A stretch of 64,000 bases of DNA, taken from Dehalococcoidia bacterium (GTDB taxonomy: Bacteria > Chloroflexota > Dehalococcoidia > Lucifugimonadales > UBA3495). The position numbers and the translations under genes are program-made. Below the pieces are notes generated by a model. The model was not told the origin of the DNA. It ran no database searches and worked only from the letters and a program-made list of their open reading frames with translations. The stretch spans positions 8,684-72,683 of the forward strand of contig SHYG01000001.1 of the NCBI GenBank assembly GCA_009692925.1, given 5' to 3'. This document shows positions 27,537-36,041 of the stretch, in pieces (the first letter of the stretch is position 1; each line of letters starts with the position of its first letter).

Positions 27537-28577
27537 ATGACTACCAACACCAACCTCTCCCGGCTGGTGGAGACCAGCGACACCATTGAGGCCATCGAGG
27601 AGTGCTACCGCCTGGGCTGGAGCGACGGCCTGCCGGTGGTGCCGCCGGTGGAGTACAAGGTGCGGGAGATGCTCCAGCTCAACGGCATGACCGGGGAGGA
27701 GGAGCTGCTCTCCCTGGAGATGCGCCGCCGGGTGCTGACCTCCGAGAACGCCGCCGCCAACGCGGTCATGGCCGGCTGCCTGCCCGAGTATTTCCCCGTG
27801 CTATGCACCACCCTGCGGGCGCTGGACGAGGAGAAGAACTTCGTCCACATGGCCTCCGCCTCCACCAGCTCGCCCAGCATCCTCATGGTGGTCAACGGCC
27901 CCATCCGGCAGCAGATTGGCCTGAACTCCAAAGACGGCCTGCTGGGCCCCGGCTTTCGGGCCAACGCCTGCCTGGGCCGCGCGGTGCGCCTGTGTTTCAT
28001 GAATGGCTTCGACGCCCGCCCGGGCACCCTGGACCGTGGCACCCTGGGCAACCCCACCAAGTACACCTTCTGCATCGCCGACAACGAGGAGGACTCCCCC
28101 TGGGGCGCCCTGCACGTGAGCCGCGGCTTTAAGCCGGAGGACAGCTGCGTCACCGTGGCGGTGGCCTACAACGCCACCACGGTCAACAACCGCTTCGGGC
28201 ACACCGGAACCAGCATCCTGGACTCCCTGGCCGACACCATGCGGTCGGCGGCGCTGGCCCACCGTTTCCCTGGCCAGTGGGTGCTGGTCATTGGCCGGGA
28301 GCACGCCCAGACCCTGCAGCAGGAGGGCTGGAGCCGCCGGGACGTGCAGGAGTACCTGCTGGAGCACGCCGCGCGGCCCCTAAGCGAGCTAATCCGCCTG
28401 GGGGTGAAGCAGGGGCCGGAGAAGCCCGGCGACGATAAGCTCATCCGCCGCTGCGCCCGGGAAGCAGAGGACATCCTGCTGACCGTGGGCGGCGGCACCG
28501 GCGGTCGCTACAGCGCCATCATCGACACCGCCGAGTTCGAGGTGCGGACGCGCAAGGTGGAGACGGCGGGCGGGTAG
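27537..28577 (+). CDS. Conserved-looking hypothetical protein (346 aa), first gene of the UGSC cluster
   Basis: Clean ORF with coding-like composition. Contains GWSDGLPVVPP and a Cys-rich central region. I cannot assign a family. Confidence 0.7.
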   Translation: MTTNTNLSRLVETSDTIEAIEECYRLGWSDGLPVVPPVEYKVREMLQLNGMTGEEELLSLEMRRRVLTSENAAANAVMAGCLPEYFPVLCTTLRALDEEKNFVHMASASTSSPSILMVVNGPIRQQIGLNSKDGLLGPGFRANACLGRAVRLCFMNGFDARPGTLDRGTLGNPTKYTFCIADNEEDSPWGALHVSRGFKPEDSCVTVAVAYNATTVNNRFGHTGTSILDSLADTMRSAALAHRFPGQWVLVIGREHAQTLQQEGWSRRDVQEYLLEHAARPLSELIRLGVKQGPEKPGDDKLIRRCAREAEDILLTVGGGTGGRYSAIIDTAEFEVRTRKVETAGG

Positions 28578-28591
28578 GGGGAGTTACACCT

Positions 28592-28987
28592 ATGTGGCTC
28601 CTGGCAGTCGCCCTCTTTGGACTAACCGTCCCCAACGGGCTGTTCATCTACTGGCTGCTGGCCGAGTTCCCCGGCATTATGCCAGTGCTGCAGAACAAGC
28701 TGGCCCTGGCCTTCATCCTGGACGCCTTCATGGCGCTGGCCCTCCTCACGGTGTACTTCGCCCGGCGGCCCATCGGCCCGGTGCGGTGGCCCTGGTTCGT
28801 AGCTCTCTCAATCCTGGGCGGCCTGGGTTTTAGCCTGCCCTTCTACTACTGGTTGAACCTGCGCAAGGGCGAGCTAACCCAGGCGCAGCGAGATGAATCT
28901 GATCGCCGCCTTGAGGCGCATGAATCGTCTGACAAACCTGGAATCGCGTGGGACGACGCCAAAGCCAGGCTCCGCGCCAATAAATGA
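28592..28987 (+). CDS. Small integral membrane protein
   Basis: 131 aa with about four hydrophobic helices, then a charged tail. GGGGGAG SD. Starts 14 nt after the upstream stop. Confidence 0.6.
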   Translation: MWLLAVALFGLTVPNGLFIYWLLAEFPGIMPVLQNKLALAFILDAFMALALLTVYFARRPIGPVRWPWFVALSILGGLGFSLPFYYWLNLRKGELTQAQRDESDRRLEAHESSDKPGIAWDDAKARLRANK

Positions 28988-29055
28988 TGTGGACATTCGG
29001 TGTATCATAAAGGCCACGCGGATACCCCCGATACAATCCCAACAAGGAGGAACCA

Positions 29056-29625
29056 ATGGCCGAAACCGTAACCATTCGCAACATGCGGCTGGTCAACCCC
29101 CGGGGTACCGACCTGGCCCCCGGCGAGTTCCACCTGAACAGCCGCCTCGCCAGCCTCAGCGGCAAGCGCCTGGGCCTGCTGGAGAACTCCAAGGCCAACT
29201 CCGACAAGGTGCTCCACGAGCTGGGAGAGATTCTCAAGCAGAAGTACGGCCTGACGGAGGTCCGCTACTTCAGCAAGCACCACGCATCGTTGCCCACCAA
29301 GCCCGATGTGATCCAGGACATCCTCAACCAGGTGGATGTGCTGATCACCGGCATCGGCGATTGAGGGTCCTGCAGCTCGTGCAGTGTGCACGACGGCATT
29401 GAAATGGAGCGCCTGGGCATCCCCACGGCAGCCATCATCACCCACGTGTTTCTCAACACCGCCAAGGCCATGACCCGGATGATGGGCGTGCCAAACTTTG
29501 AGTTTGTGGTGGCCCAGCATCCCCTGTCCAGCCTCACTCAGGAGGAGTGCAAGGCCCGGGCGGACCAGCTGGCCGCCGAGGTAGAGCGCATCCTCCTGGA
29601 CCGCAGCGCCCGCACCATGGAGTAG
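29056..29625 (+). CDS. UGSC-family selenoprotein (TGA 29362-29364 decoded as selenocysteine)
   Basis: Track ORFs 29056..29364 and 29386..29625 are in the same frame, separated only by TGA. The junction reads LITGIGD-U-GSCSSCSVHDGIEMERLGIP. AAGGAGG lies 5 nt before ATG 29056 and there is no RBS before the second piece. A hairpin starts 12 nt after the UGA. Confidence 0.8.
29377..29393 (+). promoter_or_regulatory. Candidate bacterial SECIS apical hairpin
   Basis: TCGTGCA-GTG-TGCACGA gives a perfect 7-bp stem, or a 6-bp stem with an AGUGU loop. It begins 12 nt after the UGA, within the expected distance window. Confidence 0.5.
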
Positions 29626-29679
29626 CTCCCTCGGGGCGCCATCAGCGCTACCATCCCCCGCCAGGTACCGCCGCCATTA

Positions 29680-29710
29680 CATGACCCCCGGTCCACTGCC
29701 GGGGGTCATG
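29680..29710 (+). terminator. Terminator-like hairpin after the UGSC gene
   Basis: CATGACCCCCGG / CCGGGGGTCATG form a perfect 12-bp stem with a 7-nt loop. The T-tract is weak (GCTTGCC). Confidence 0.4.
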
Positions 29711-29968
29711 GCTTGCCATCCGCGCTTAAGACTTGTCTTCCCTTTGTCGGGAGGCACTAGCGTAGCGTAAGTCACAATTGCCTCACACTTTGCCTGGGAT
29801 AAGCGCCCTCTGATACCGCATCACCTAATTTGCCCCCCTTACTTTCCCCTGCCGATTTGCTGAGGCTGCTCACTGGCCAAACAGGGTGCGCGCCCTTTGT
29901 GACTTAACGCCAGCCCCTGTTAGCGTAAGGCTATAAGCATCCACAAGGAAGGCGGTGAATTCGTAGAC

Positions 29969-31359
29969 ATGAAACTGCTGACAAGCAACTTGCTAGTCCA
30001 GTTTTCGGTGACCAGCTTCATCGTGCTGGCTACCTTTGCCGTGCTTTTGTCCACAGTGCTCAGCAACCGGATTCGCTCTCAAGCGCAGCAAAACCTGGTG
30101 GACGAGGCGGTGCTGATCTCCTCCGGTCGCCTGCTTAAATTCCTCTCCCCCAGCGACATGGAATCCCCCATGACCGGGGAGCGGTACTATTGGTTTGACC
30201 GATTCGTAAAAGACTACATCGTGTCGGCCAAAACCGCCAGGATCAAGCTGTGGGGCACCGACGGCACGGTAATCTACTCCGACGAATCGGCAGAGGTTGG
30301 TAAGCGGTTCACCGACAATCATCACCTCATGGAGTCACTGGAAGGGGCAATTGAAGCTGAAATTGAGGCACCCGACGCTGAAAGCGGCCTGGAACTCCAG
30401 TTGGGCACCGTCATGGAAGTCTACGCTCCCATCGTTTTTCCCGGCTGCTCCCAGGTACATGGCGCTTTTGAAATCTACTAGTTTTACGCGCCCACCGCCC
30501 AGCGGATTAGCTCAACCCAAAAGTGGGTCTTCATCTCGGTGGGTATCGGCTTCTTGGCGCTGTACTTCAGTCTGGTCTCCATTGTGCGGCGTGGCTGGCG
30601 CATTACCGTGGGCCAGCGGAAGAGCCTAAACACGTTGAACCTGGAGCTGGAAGGCCGGGCCCAGGAGCTGGGCCAGCGCAATGCCACGGTGGAATCCACC
30701 AACTCGGATCTGGAATTGTTTTGCTACTCCGTGTCCCACGACCTGCGCACCCCCCTGCGCAGCATTGACGGCTTCAGCCAGGCGCTGCTGGAGGACTGCG
30801 GGGAAATGCTGGATTCAAAGGGCAAGGAGTGCCTTGGCCGGGTGCGCGCCGCCAGCCAGCGCATGGGCCAGGTCATTGACGACCTGCTGGGGTTGTCACG
30901 CATGACGCGCAACAAGATGCAGGTGGAGGAGGTCAACCTCAGCCACATCGCCCAAACGGTGATTACCGAGCTGCAATCCCGCCAACCGGAGCGCTCCGTT
31001 GAGTTCAGCGTGGCGCCGGAGGTGATGGTCAAGGGGGATGGCAAGCTGCTGCGCATCGCCCTGGAAAACCTGCTGGGCAACGCCTGGAAGTTCACGGCCA
31101 AGCAGCCCAACGCACGATTGGATTAACCCAAAGCGAGGGGAAGCCGGCCTGCTTTGTGCGCGACAACGGGGCCGGGTTTGACATGACCTATGCCGACAAG
31201 CTCTTTGGGGCTTTCCAGCGGCTGCACAAAGCCGATGAGTATGAGGGCTCGGGCATCGGCCTGGCCACGGTGCAGCGCATCATCCACCGGCACGGCGGGC
31301 GAGTGTGGGCGGAGGGCGCAGTGGGGAAGGGCGCTACATTTTACTTTACTCTGGAGTAG
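29969..31359 (+). pseudogene. Membrane sensor histidine kinase interrupted by an in-frame TAG (30479-30481) and a 1-nt frameshift (about 31121-31126)
   Basis: Three track ORFs are consecutive parts of one kinase. ORF 29969..30481 holds TM1 and the sensor domain. ORF 30539..31126 holds TM2, HisKA (SHDLRTPL) and the start of HATPase. ORF 31156..31359 holds DNGAGFD and GSGIGLA. Pieces 1 and 2 share a frame across the TAG. Pieces 2 and 3 join as ..ARL(D/G)[20 protein letters not shown] if one nt is added. Confidence 0.8.
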
Positions 31360-31375
31360 CTAAGAGGTGGCAGCC

Positions 31376-31819
31376 ATGGCAGAGCAGGTAATCTTGCTGG
31401 TGGAAGACAACCCGGACGACGAGGCGCTGACGCTGCGCGCGCTGAAAAAGCACCACCTTGCCAACCGCGTGGTGGTGGCCCGAGACGGGGCTGAGGCGCT
31501 CGACTATCTTTTCGGCACCGGGGTTCACGCGGGCCGGGATGCAGGCGATACGCCCACCTTCATCTTGCAGGACCTCAAGCTGCCCAAGGTGGACGGACTG
31601 GAGGTGCTGCGCCGCCTGCGGGCCGACAATCGCACCACGGGTATTCCGGTGGCGGCCCTCACCTCCTCCGCGGAGGAAAAAGACATCGTGGAGAGCCACC
31701 GGAGCCACGTTAATAGCTACATTCGCAAGCCGGTGGATTTTGTCCACTTCGTAGACATGGTACAGCAAATAGGGTTGTATTGGATGGTGATTAACCAGCC
31801 CTTACCCCAAGCGGCGTAA
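31376..31819 (+). CDS. Single-domain response regulator (CheY-like receiver)
   Basis: ILLVEDNPDDE, the phospho-acceptor context ILQDLKLPKVDG, and LTSS..KPV. Confidence 0.85.
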   Translation: MAEQVILLVEDNPDDEALTLRALKKHHLANRVVVARDGAEALDYLFGTGVHAGRDAGDTPTFILQDLKLPKVDGLEVLRRLRADNRTTGIPVAALTSSAEEKDIVESHRSHVNSYIRKPVDFVHFVDMVQQIGLYWMVINQPLPQAA

Positions 31820-31838
31820 GAGAGGACAGAGCCTGCCC

Positions 31839-33395
31839 ATGTCTACACGCCTTCGCGTCCTGATGGTTGAAGACTCGGAAGACGACTCCTTGCTGCTGCT
31901 CCGTGAGCTGAAGCGGGGCGACTACGCCCCGGAGGCGCAGGGAGTGGACACCGCGGAAGCGATGCGCGCTGCCTTGAAAGACCAGGCATGGGACCTGGTG
32001 GTGTCGGACTACCGGTTGCCCGGATTCAACGCTCCCGCTGCGCTGAAGTTAGTCCAGGAAACCGGCAGGGACCTGCCATTTATCATCGTGTCCGGCGTGG
32101 TGTCTGAGGAGGACGCCGTTGCCGCCATGAAGGCCGGCGCCCACGACTACCTCACCAAAGGCAAGCTGGCCAGGCTGGTCCCCATCATCGCCCGGGAGCT
32201 GCGGGAGGCGGAGCAACGCCGGGAGCATAAACGGCTGCAACAGGAGCAGGCGCTTCAGTCGCAGAAACTGGAAGTCATTGGCCGGCTAGCCGGAGGGGTG
32301 GTCCACGACTTCAACAACCTGCTGACGGCCATCGCCGGCAACGCGGAACTGGGGTCTCAGGCCCTGGCCACCGGCCACCAGGCTTCCAGCAACCGGGAGG
32401 AGATCAAGCGTGCGGTGGGGCGGGCCACCAGCCTAACCCACCAGCTGATGGCTTTTACCCGCCAGCAGTCGTTAGACACCGAAGTCCTAGACATGAACGC
32501 ATTGGTCGTTGAAATGACCAAAATGCTGAAACATCTGGTGGGGGATGATGTGCAATTGGACGCCCTCCTGTCGCCGGACTTGAAGGCGATCAAGGGCAAC
32601 CCTGGGCAATGCCAGCAGGTCCTCCTGAACCTGGTGGTCAACGCCAGGGACGCCATGCCCAAGGGTGGCAAGATTACAATTCGCACCGCCAACGTCACCC
32701 CCAAATCCAACGGCCAAGGGCCATCGCCAGAAGACTACATATCCGTCTCAGTGAGCGACACCGGCACCGGGATGTCGGATGCGGTGAAGGCCCGCATATT
32801 TGAGCCGTTCTTTACCACCAAGGAACCCGGCAAAGGAACAGGCCTGGGGTTGTCGATCTGCCAGGACATCATTCAAGAAGGGCGAGGCTTTATGGAAGTA
32901 CAGAGCGCCGAGGGCTAGGGCGCCACATTCACGGTTTACTTGCCGCAGACCACCGAACCCCCCAAGCGCAGCACACCGCCTCAAGTAATTCCGACTATGC
33001 CCCGCGGTACTGAGACGGTGCTCCTGGCTGAAGATGACTCAGCGGTGCAGGGCATGGTAGCCGCTATGTTGCGGACCCAGGGTTACACGGTGCTTCAGGC
33101 GTGCAATGGGGAGGAGGCTTTAGCCGTGGCCCGGTCTCCCCTGGGCCAGGGAATAAATCTCTTATTGACCGACGTGATGATGCCGCGCATGGGCGGGATG
33201 GAGCTGGCGGAGCAGTTTAGCCATCTATATCCGTCCGCCAAGGTGCTGTTTACTTCCGGGTACACTGACGAGCCAGTTGCTTTCCACGGCATTTCCGGTG
33301 ACAGTGTCCCTTTCATCGAGAAGCCGTTCCTGCCTTCCGACTTGGCCAGTAAGGTACGAGAGGTATTGGGCAGTGCCCCAATGACTGGCCACTAA
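31839..33395 (+). pseudogene. Hybrid histidine kinase (REC-HisKA-HATPase-REC) interrupted by an in-frame TAG (32916-32918); alternatively a kinase 31839..32918 plus a receiver from ATG 32997
   Basis: Track ORFs 31839..32918 and 32940..33395 share one frame. The TAG falls inside the terminal G-x-G-T/A-x-F strand of the ATPase (..VQSAEG*GATFTVYLPQ..). Downstream is a receiver domain, VLLAEDD...LLLTDVMMPRMGG. Confidence 0.75.
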
Positions 33396-33415
33396 TCAGC
33401 CGGGTCAAAGCCCCA

Positions 33416-33424
33416 TGCTATAAT
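33416..33424 (+). promoter_or_regulatory. Extended -10 promoter element (TGcTATAAT) for tRNA-Gly
   Basis: TGCTATAAT ends 20 nt upstream of the tRNA 5' end. No good -35 element. Confidence 0.45.
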
Positions 33425-33443
33425 GACTGGGCTGTTTGGCCCG

Positions 33444-33517
33444 GCGGGCGTAGCTCAATGGTAGAGCTCTAGCCTTCCAAGCTAGTTACGTGGGTTCGAT
33501 TCCCATCGCCCGCTCCA
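33444..33517 (+). tRNA. tRNA-Gly (anticodon UCC), CCA encoded
   Basis: Manual cloverleaf: acceptor GCGGGCG/CGCCCGC, D arm GCTC-AATGGTA-GAGC, anticodon arm CTAGC-CTTCCAA-GCTAG, variable TTAC, T arm GTGGG-TTCGATT-CCCAT, then discriminator T and CCA. Total 74 nt. Confidence 0.95.
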
Positions 33518-34008
33518 CTGGCTGCCCGCAACTCCAGCTCCCGGGCCCGCGCCGCCAGCCACCGGAGGGCCGCTTCCCGGACCGCACCGCCCTCCAGGGA
33601 GACCGTCAACTCCCCGCTGCTTCCCTGGCGGAACGCGTCGTCCCGGCGGAGTTCCGCCGCCAGCGCGGCCACCGCTGCGGCCTCTTGCTCCTGCGACTGG
33701 AAAGCCACCCCCGGTTTATGCGCGGCATCCAGGTGGCGGCGGATTTCCGCGGCCAGCAACTCCGCCTCCACCGCGCCGCGCTGCATCCGGGCAATGGGTT
33801 CCAGGTGCCCTTCCAGGTAGCAGCCGCCGAAGTGCATCACCTCACAGTGGCGGCCCTCCACGTCACCGGTGCTGCGGAGCCTGGGTTCCAGCTCGTGCTT
33901 GTCCAAATAGTCCCGCACCGGCTGGTCTTCCGAGTCCGGATGAGCCAGGTCAAAGATGAGCTGGACACGGAACATGAACAACTCGGCGGGCTCTACTTTG
34001 ATGAACAA
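33469..34008 (-). CDS. Hypothetical protein (3' end reads antisense through tRNA-Gly)
   Basis: 179-aa ORF beginning 4 nt after the upstream stop. No recognisable motif. The last 16 or so codons (..GDGNRTHVTSLEG) are just the complement of the tRNA. Confidence 0.4.
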   Translation of the reverse strand: MFIKVEPAELFMFRVQLIFDLAHPDSEDQPVRDYLDKHELEPRLRSTGDVEGRHCEVMHFGGCYLEGHLEPIARMQRGAVEAELLAAEIRRHLDAAHKPGVAFQSQEQEAAAVAALAAELRRDDAFRQGSSGELTVSLEGGAVREAALRWLAARARELELRAASGAGDGNRTHVTSLEG

Positions 34009-34012
34009 GAAC

Positions 34013-35062
34013 CTACCGCCCAGCGGCGCGCAGGATCATGTCCACGGTGGCTGGGCTAGGTTTGATGGAGCCGTCGTCAATGCCGTGCATCGCCACCACA
34101 ATGGCGTCGTGGAAGGGGGTGGGCACGCCCACCTCGCGGCCTTTCTCCGCGATGCGGCCGTTCATCAAGTCCGTTTCAGAGCGTCGGCCCTTCTTCACGT
34201 CCTGGGCCATGGAGGCTAGCCAGTTGACCCGGCCGCCCCGGCGGGACATGAAGTCGTCCAGCTCCTCATAGACGTCGCCCTTGTCGGCGTCGGCCCACAT
34301 TTGGGCCGGTTTGCCGTTCATGTCTACAATGTTCAGCCCCATCGCCAGGCCCACCTGGGCGCCTTCCTTGGCAAGCTGAATGCGGATGAGCCGGCAGCGC
34401 GGGTCTTGCGCCATGTCCTGGGAACCCATGGCCGACATGGCGGAGATGGCGTTGCCCATGCCGTTCTGGCACAGCTTGGACCATCGCTCGCCCCAAAGGT
34501 TGTCGGTGGCGTAGGCGGCGTCGATGCTGTCCAGTTTCTGGGCCACACCTTTGGCCCGATTGGTAATCCGCCCGCTTTGCTCCCCCACCCGGAACACCAC
34601 GTGGCCGTGGTCGCGGCCCACCTCGCCGCCGCGGTTGACGTGGCCCGGCTCCCACAGGGCCACTTCAATGTGGGAGGCTACGCAGCCCATCTCGCGGTCC
34701 TCTCCCACAATGCTGCCGATGAGCGGGTCGTTCCAACAGTTCTGGAGGGAGACGAAGTAACCGTCGGGCTTGACGTACCGCTTGATGAAGTGGGTAGCCC
34801 ACTCGGTATCGTAGGACTTCATGGAGATGAAGACAAAGTCAAAGGGGTCCTGAATCTTCTGGGCGTCGGTAAGGTGCATGGCCTTCACGGGCACGGTGAA
34901 ATCGCCCTGGCTGCCGCTGGCCCGCAGTCCCTTCTTGCGCATGGTCTCCACATGCTCCGGCCACATATCCAGGAAGGTCACATCCTCGCCCTCCCGAGTC
35001 AAGAACGCCCCCACGTAGCAGCCCAATGCGCCGGCTCCCATGATTCCAATCTTGTCACCCAC
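34013..35062 (-). CDS. Ketopantoate reductase (PanE/ApbA) family oxidoreductase
   Basis: 349 aa with an IGIMGAGALGCYVG Rossmann motif and family-typical length. Confidence 0.8.
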   Translation of the reverse strand: MGDKIGIMGAGALGCYVGAFLTREGEDVTFLDMWPEHVETMRKKGLRASGSQGDFTVPVKAMHLTDAQKIQDPFDFVFISMKSYDTEWATHFIKRYVKPDGYFVSLQNCWNDPLIGSIVGEDREMGCVASHIEVALWEPGHVNRGGEVGRDHGHVVFRVGEQSGRITNRAKGVAQKLDSIDAAYATDNLWGERWSKLCQNGMGNAISAMSAMGSQDMAQDPRCRLIRIQLAKEGAQVGLAMGLNIVDMNGKPAQMWADADKGDVYEELDDFMSRRGGRVNWLASMAQDVKKGRRSETDLMNGRIAEKGREVGVPTPFHDAIVVAMHGIDDGSIKPSPATVDMILRAAGR

Positions 35063-35081
35063 GGTGGTCCCTCCTTGTATT

Positions 35082-35114
35082 AGCAGTCAGCGGTCAGCAT
35101 TCAGCCATCAGCTG
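35082..35114. repeat. Half copy (left arm only) of the heptad-array repeat
   Basis: AGCAGTCAGCGGTCAGCATTCAGCCATCAGCTG is a run of TCAGCNN units with no matching right arm nearby. Confidence 0.5.
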
Positions 35115-35198
35115 CCTGGCTCGGTCTGACTTGTGTCGCAGCCGAAATATCGCATGGAGTGGTGCGGTTGTCAATGAAACTGGGGACTCCTGGTAAGG

Positions 35199-35624
35199 TC
35201 ACAACCTGTTTTTATAAGGCAGGCGCAGGGACTTCAACTCCGCCACCTGGTCAAACTCGGGATCCTTGTGGACCAACTCACCCTGATACAGCATCGCCAG
35301 GGCTGCAATCCAAGCATCGGCCAAAGAAAGGGATCCTCGCGCTTTCACCCGCGCCGCCACGTGCCGCCACTCCGGATTTGACTCAACTACCTGTACACGC
35401 CAGTTCTCCACCAAGATCAGAACCTGGTCCACCTCCCGCGGCGCAAGGCGACGCCGCAGCCAGTACTCCAACTCCATCAGGGCGATGAACGGGACCACCA
35501 CTTCCCGCCTGTCCTCCACCGGCCTAGCTTGGGAAGCCTCCAGAATCTCTACCACTCGGTCAGCCCCCTCTTCCTGGTACAGCACGCACATGATGGCCGA
35601 GGTGTCCAGCACGTAGACCGCCAT
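35199..35624 (-). CDS. vapC: Type II toxin VapC (PIN-domain ribonuclease)
   Basis: 141 aa with MAVYVLDTSAI and conserved acidic residues. The start abuts the antitoxin stop. Confidence 0.85.
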   Translation of the reverse strand: MAVYVLDTSAIMCVLYQEEGADRVVEILEASQARPVEDRREVVVPFIALMELEYWLRRRLAPREVDQVLILVENWRVQVVESNPEWRHVAARVKARGSLSLADAWIAALAMLYQGELVHKDPEFDQVAELKSLRLPYKNRL

Positions 35625-35867
35625 CTACCCATCCTCCCGGCGCTCCCTGGCCCGCTCCTTAGCCCGTTCGTCAAGGAACTCGTCCAGCGAATCCCGGCCC
35701 TTCAGGAGGCCCAGGGATGCCCGCACCGGGTCAGCAGGCACCGGATATACTTTGATTACTCCGTCTTCCACTTGCCAGCACAACACGCTTTCAGGGGTGA
35801 TACCCAGCAGCTTGCGAATCTCTCGTGGAATAACGGTTTGCCCTCTTACCGATACCTTGCTCTGCAT
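35625..35867 (-). CDS. vapB: AbrB/MazE/SpoVT-family antitoxin (VapB)
   Basis: ATG 35867 follows GGAGG. MQSKVSVRGQTVIPREIRKLLGI is a swapped-hairpin barrel motif. Confidence 0.8.
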   Translation of the reverse strand: MQSKVSVRGQTVIPREIRKLLGITPESVLCWQVEDGVIKVYPVPADPVRASLGLLKGRDSLDEFLDERAKERARERREDG

Positions 35868-35979
35868 AAGCCTCCATAGGTAAGTCACTATCCATATAAT
35901 AAGATATTATGGCATAAATCTTACTTTACAGCGTTCTGGCGCATTTTTACTCGCGGTGTATTAGAAGCAGGTTTGCCCC

Positions 35980-36008
35980 TTGACCCCCGGAAGCTGCACC
36001 CGTAGGAT
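35980..36008 (+). promoter_or_regulatory. Putative promoter of the hydrolase-glcG-deacetylase-NHL gene string
   Basis: TTGACC (35980-35985), a 17-nt spacer, then TAGGAT (36003-36008). Confidence 0.4.
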
Positions 36009-36041
36009 GTGCGCTGAACCGACTTGGAGGTTAACAACCGC

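Noticed and set aside
29362-29388. Treating 29056..29364 and 29386..29625 as two independent small genes
   Set aside because: They share a frame. The second lacks an RBS and would begin in the middle of a conserved fold. The junction reproduces the UGSC signature, and a hairpin lies at SECIS distance.
30479-32918. Genome-wide reassignment of TAG, or pyrrolysine, as the explanation for the two in-frame amber codons
   Set aside because: TAG is the evident terminator of several well-defined genes here: lysC 8113-8115, glmS 11396-11398, yvcK 13300-13302, the M20 peptidase 5363-5365, ridA and secA. No pyl genes are visible. Local mutation, base-call error or context-specific read-through are more economical explanations.
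33444-35200. A genomic island integrated at tRNA-Gly
   Set aside because: There is no integrase, no direct repeat of the tRNA 3' end, and the downstream genes (panE-family reductase, vapBC) have ordinary composition. Only the decaying kinase cluster upstream is unusual, and it lies on the 5' side of the tRNA.
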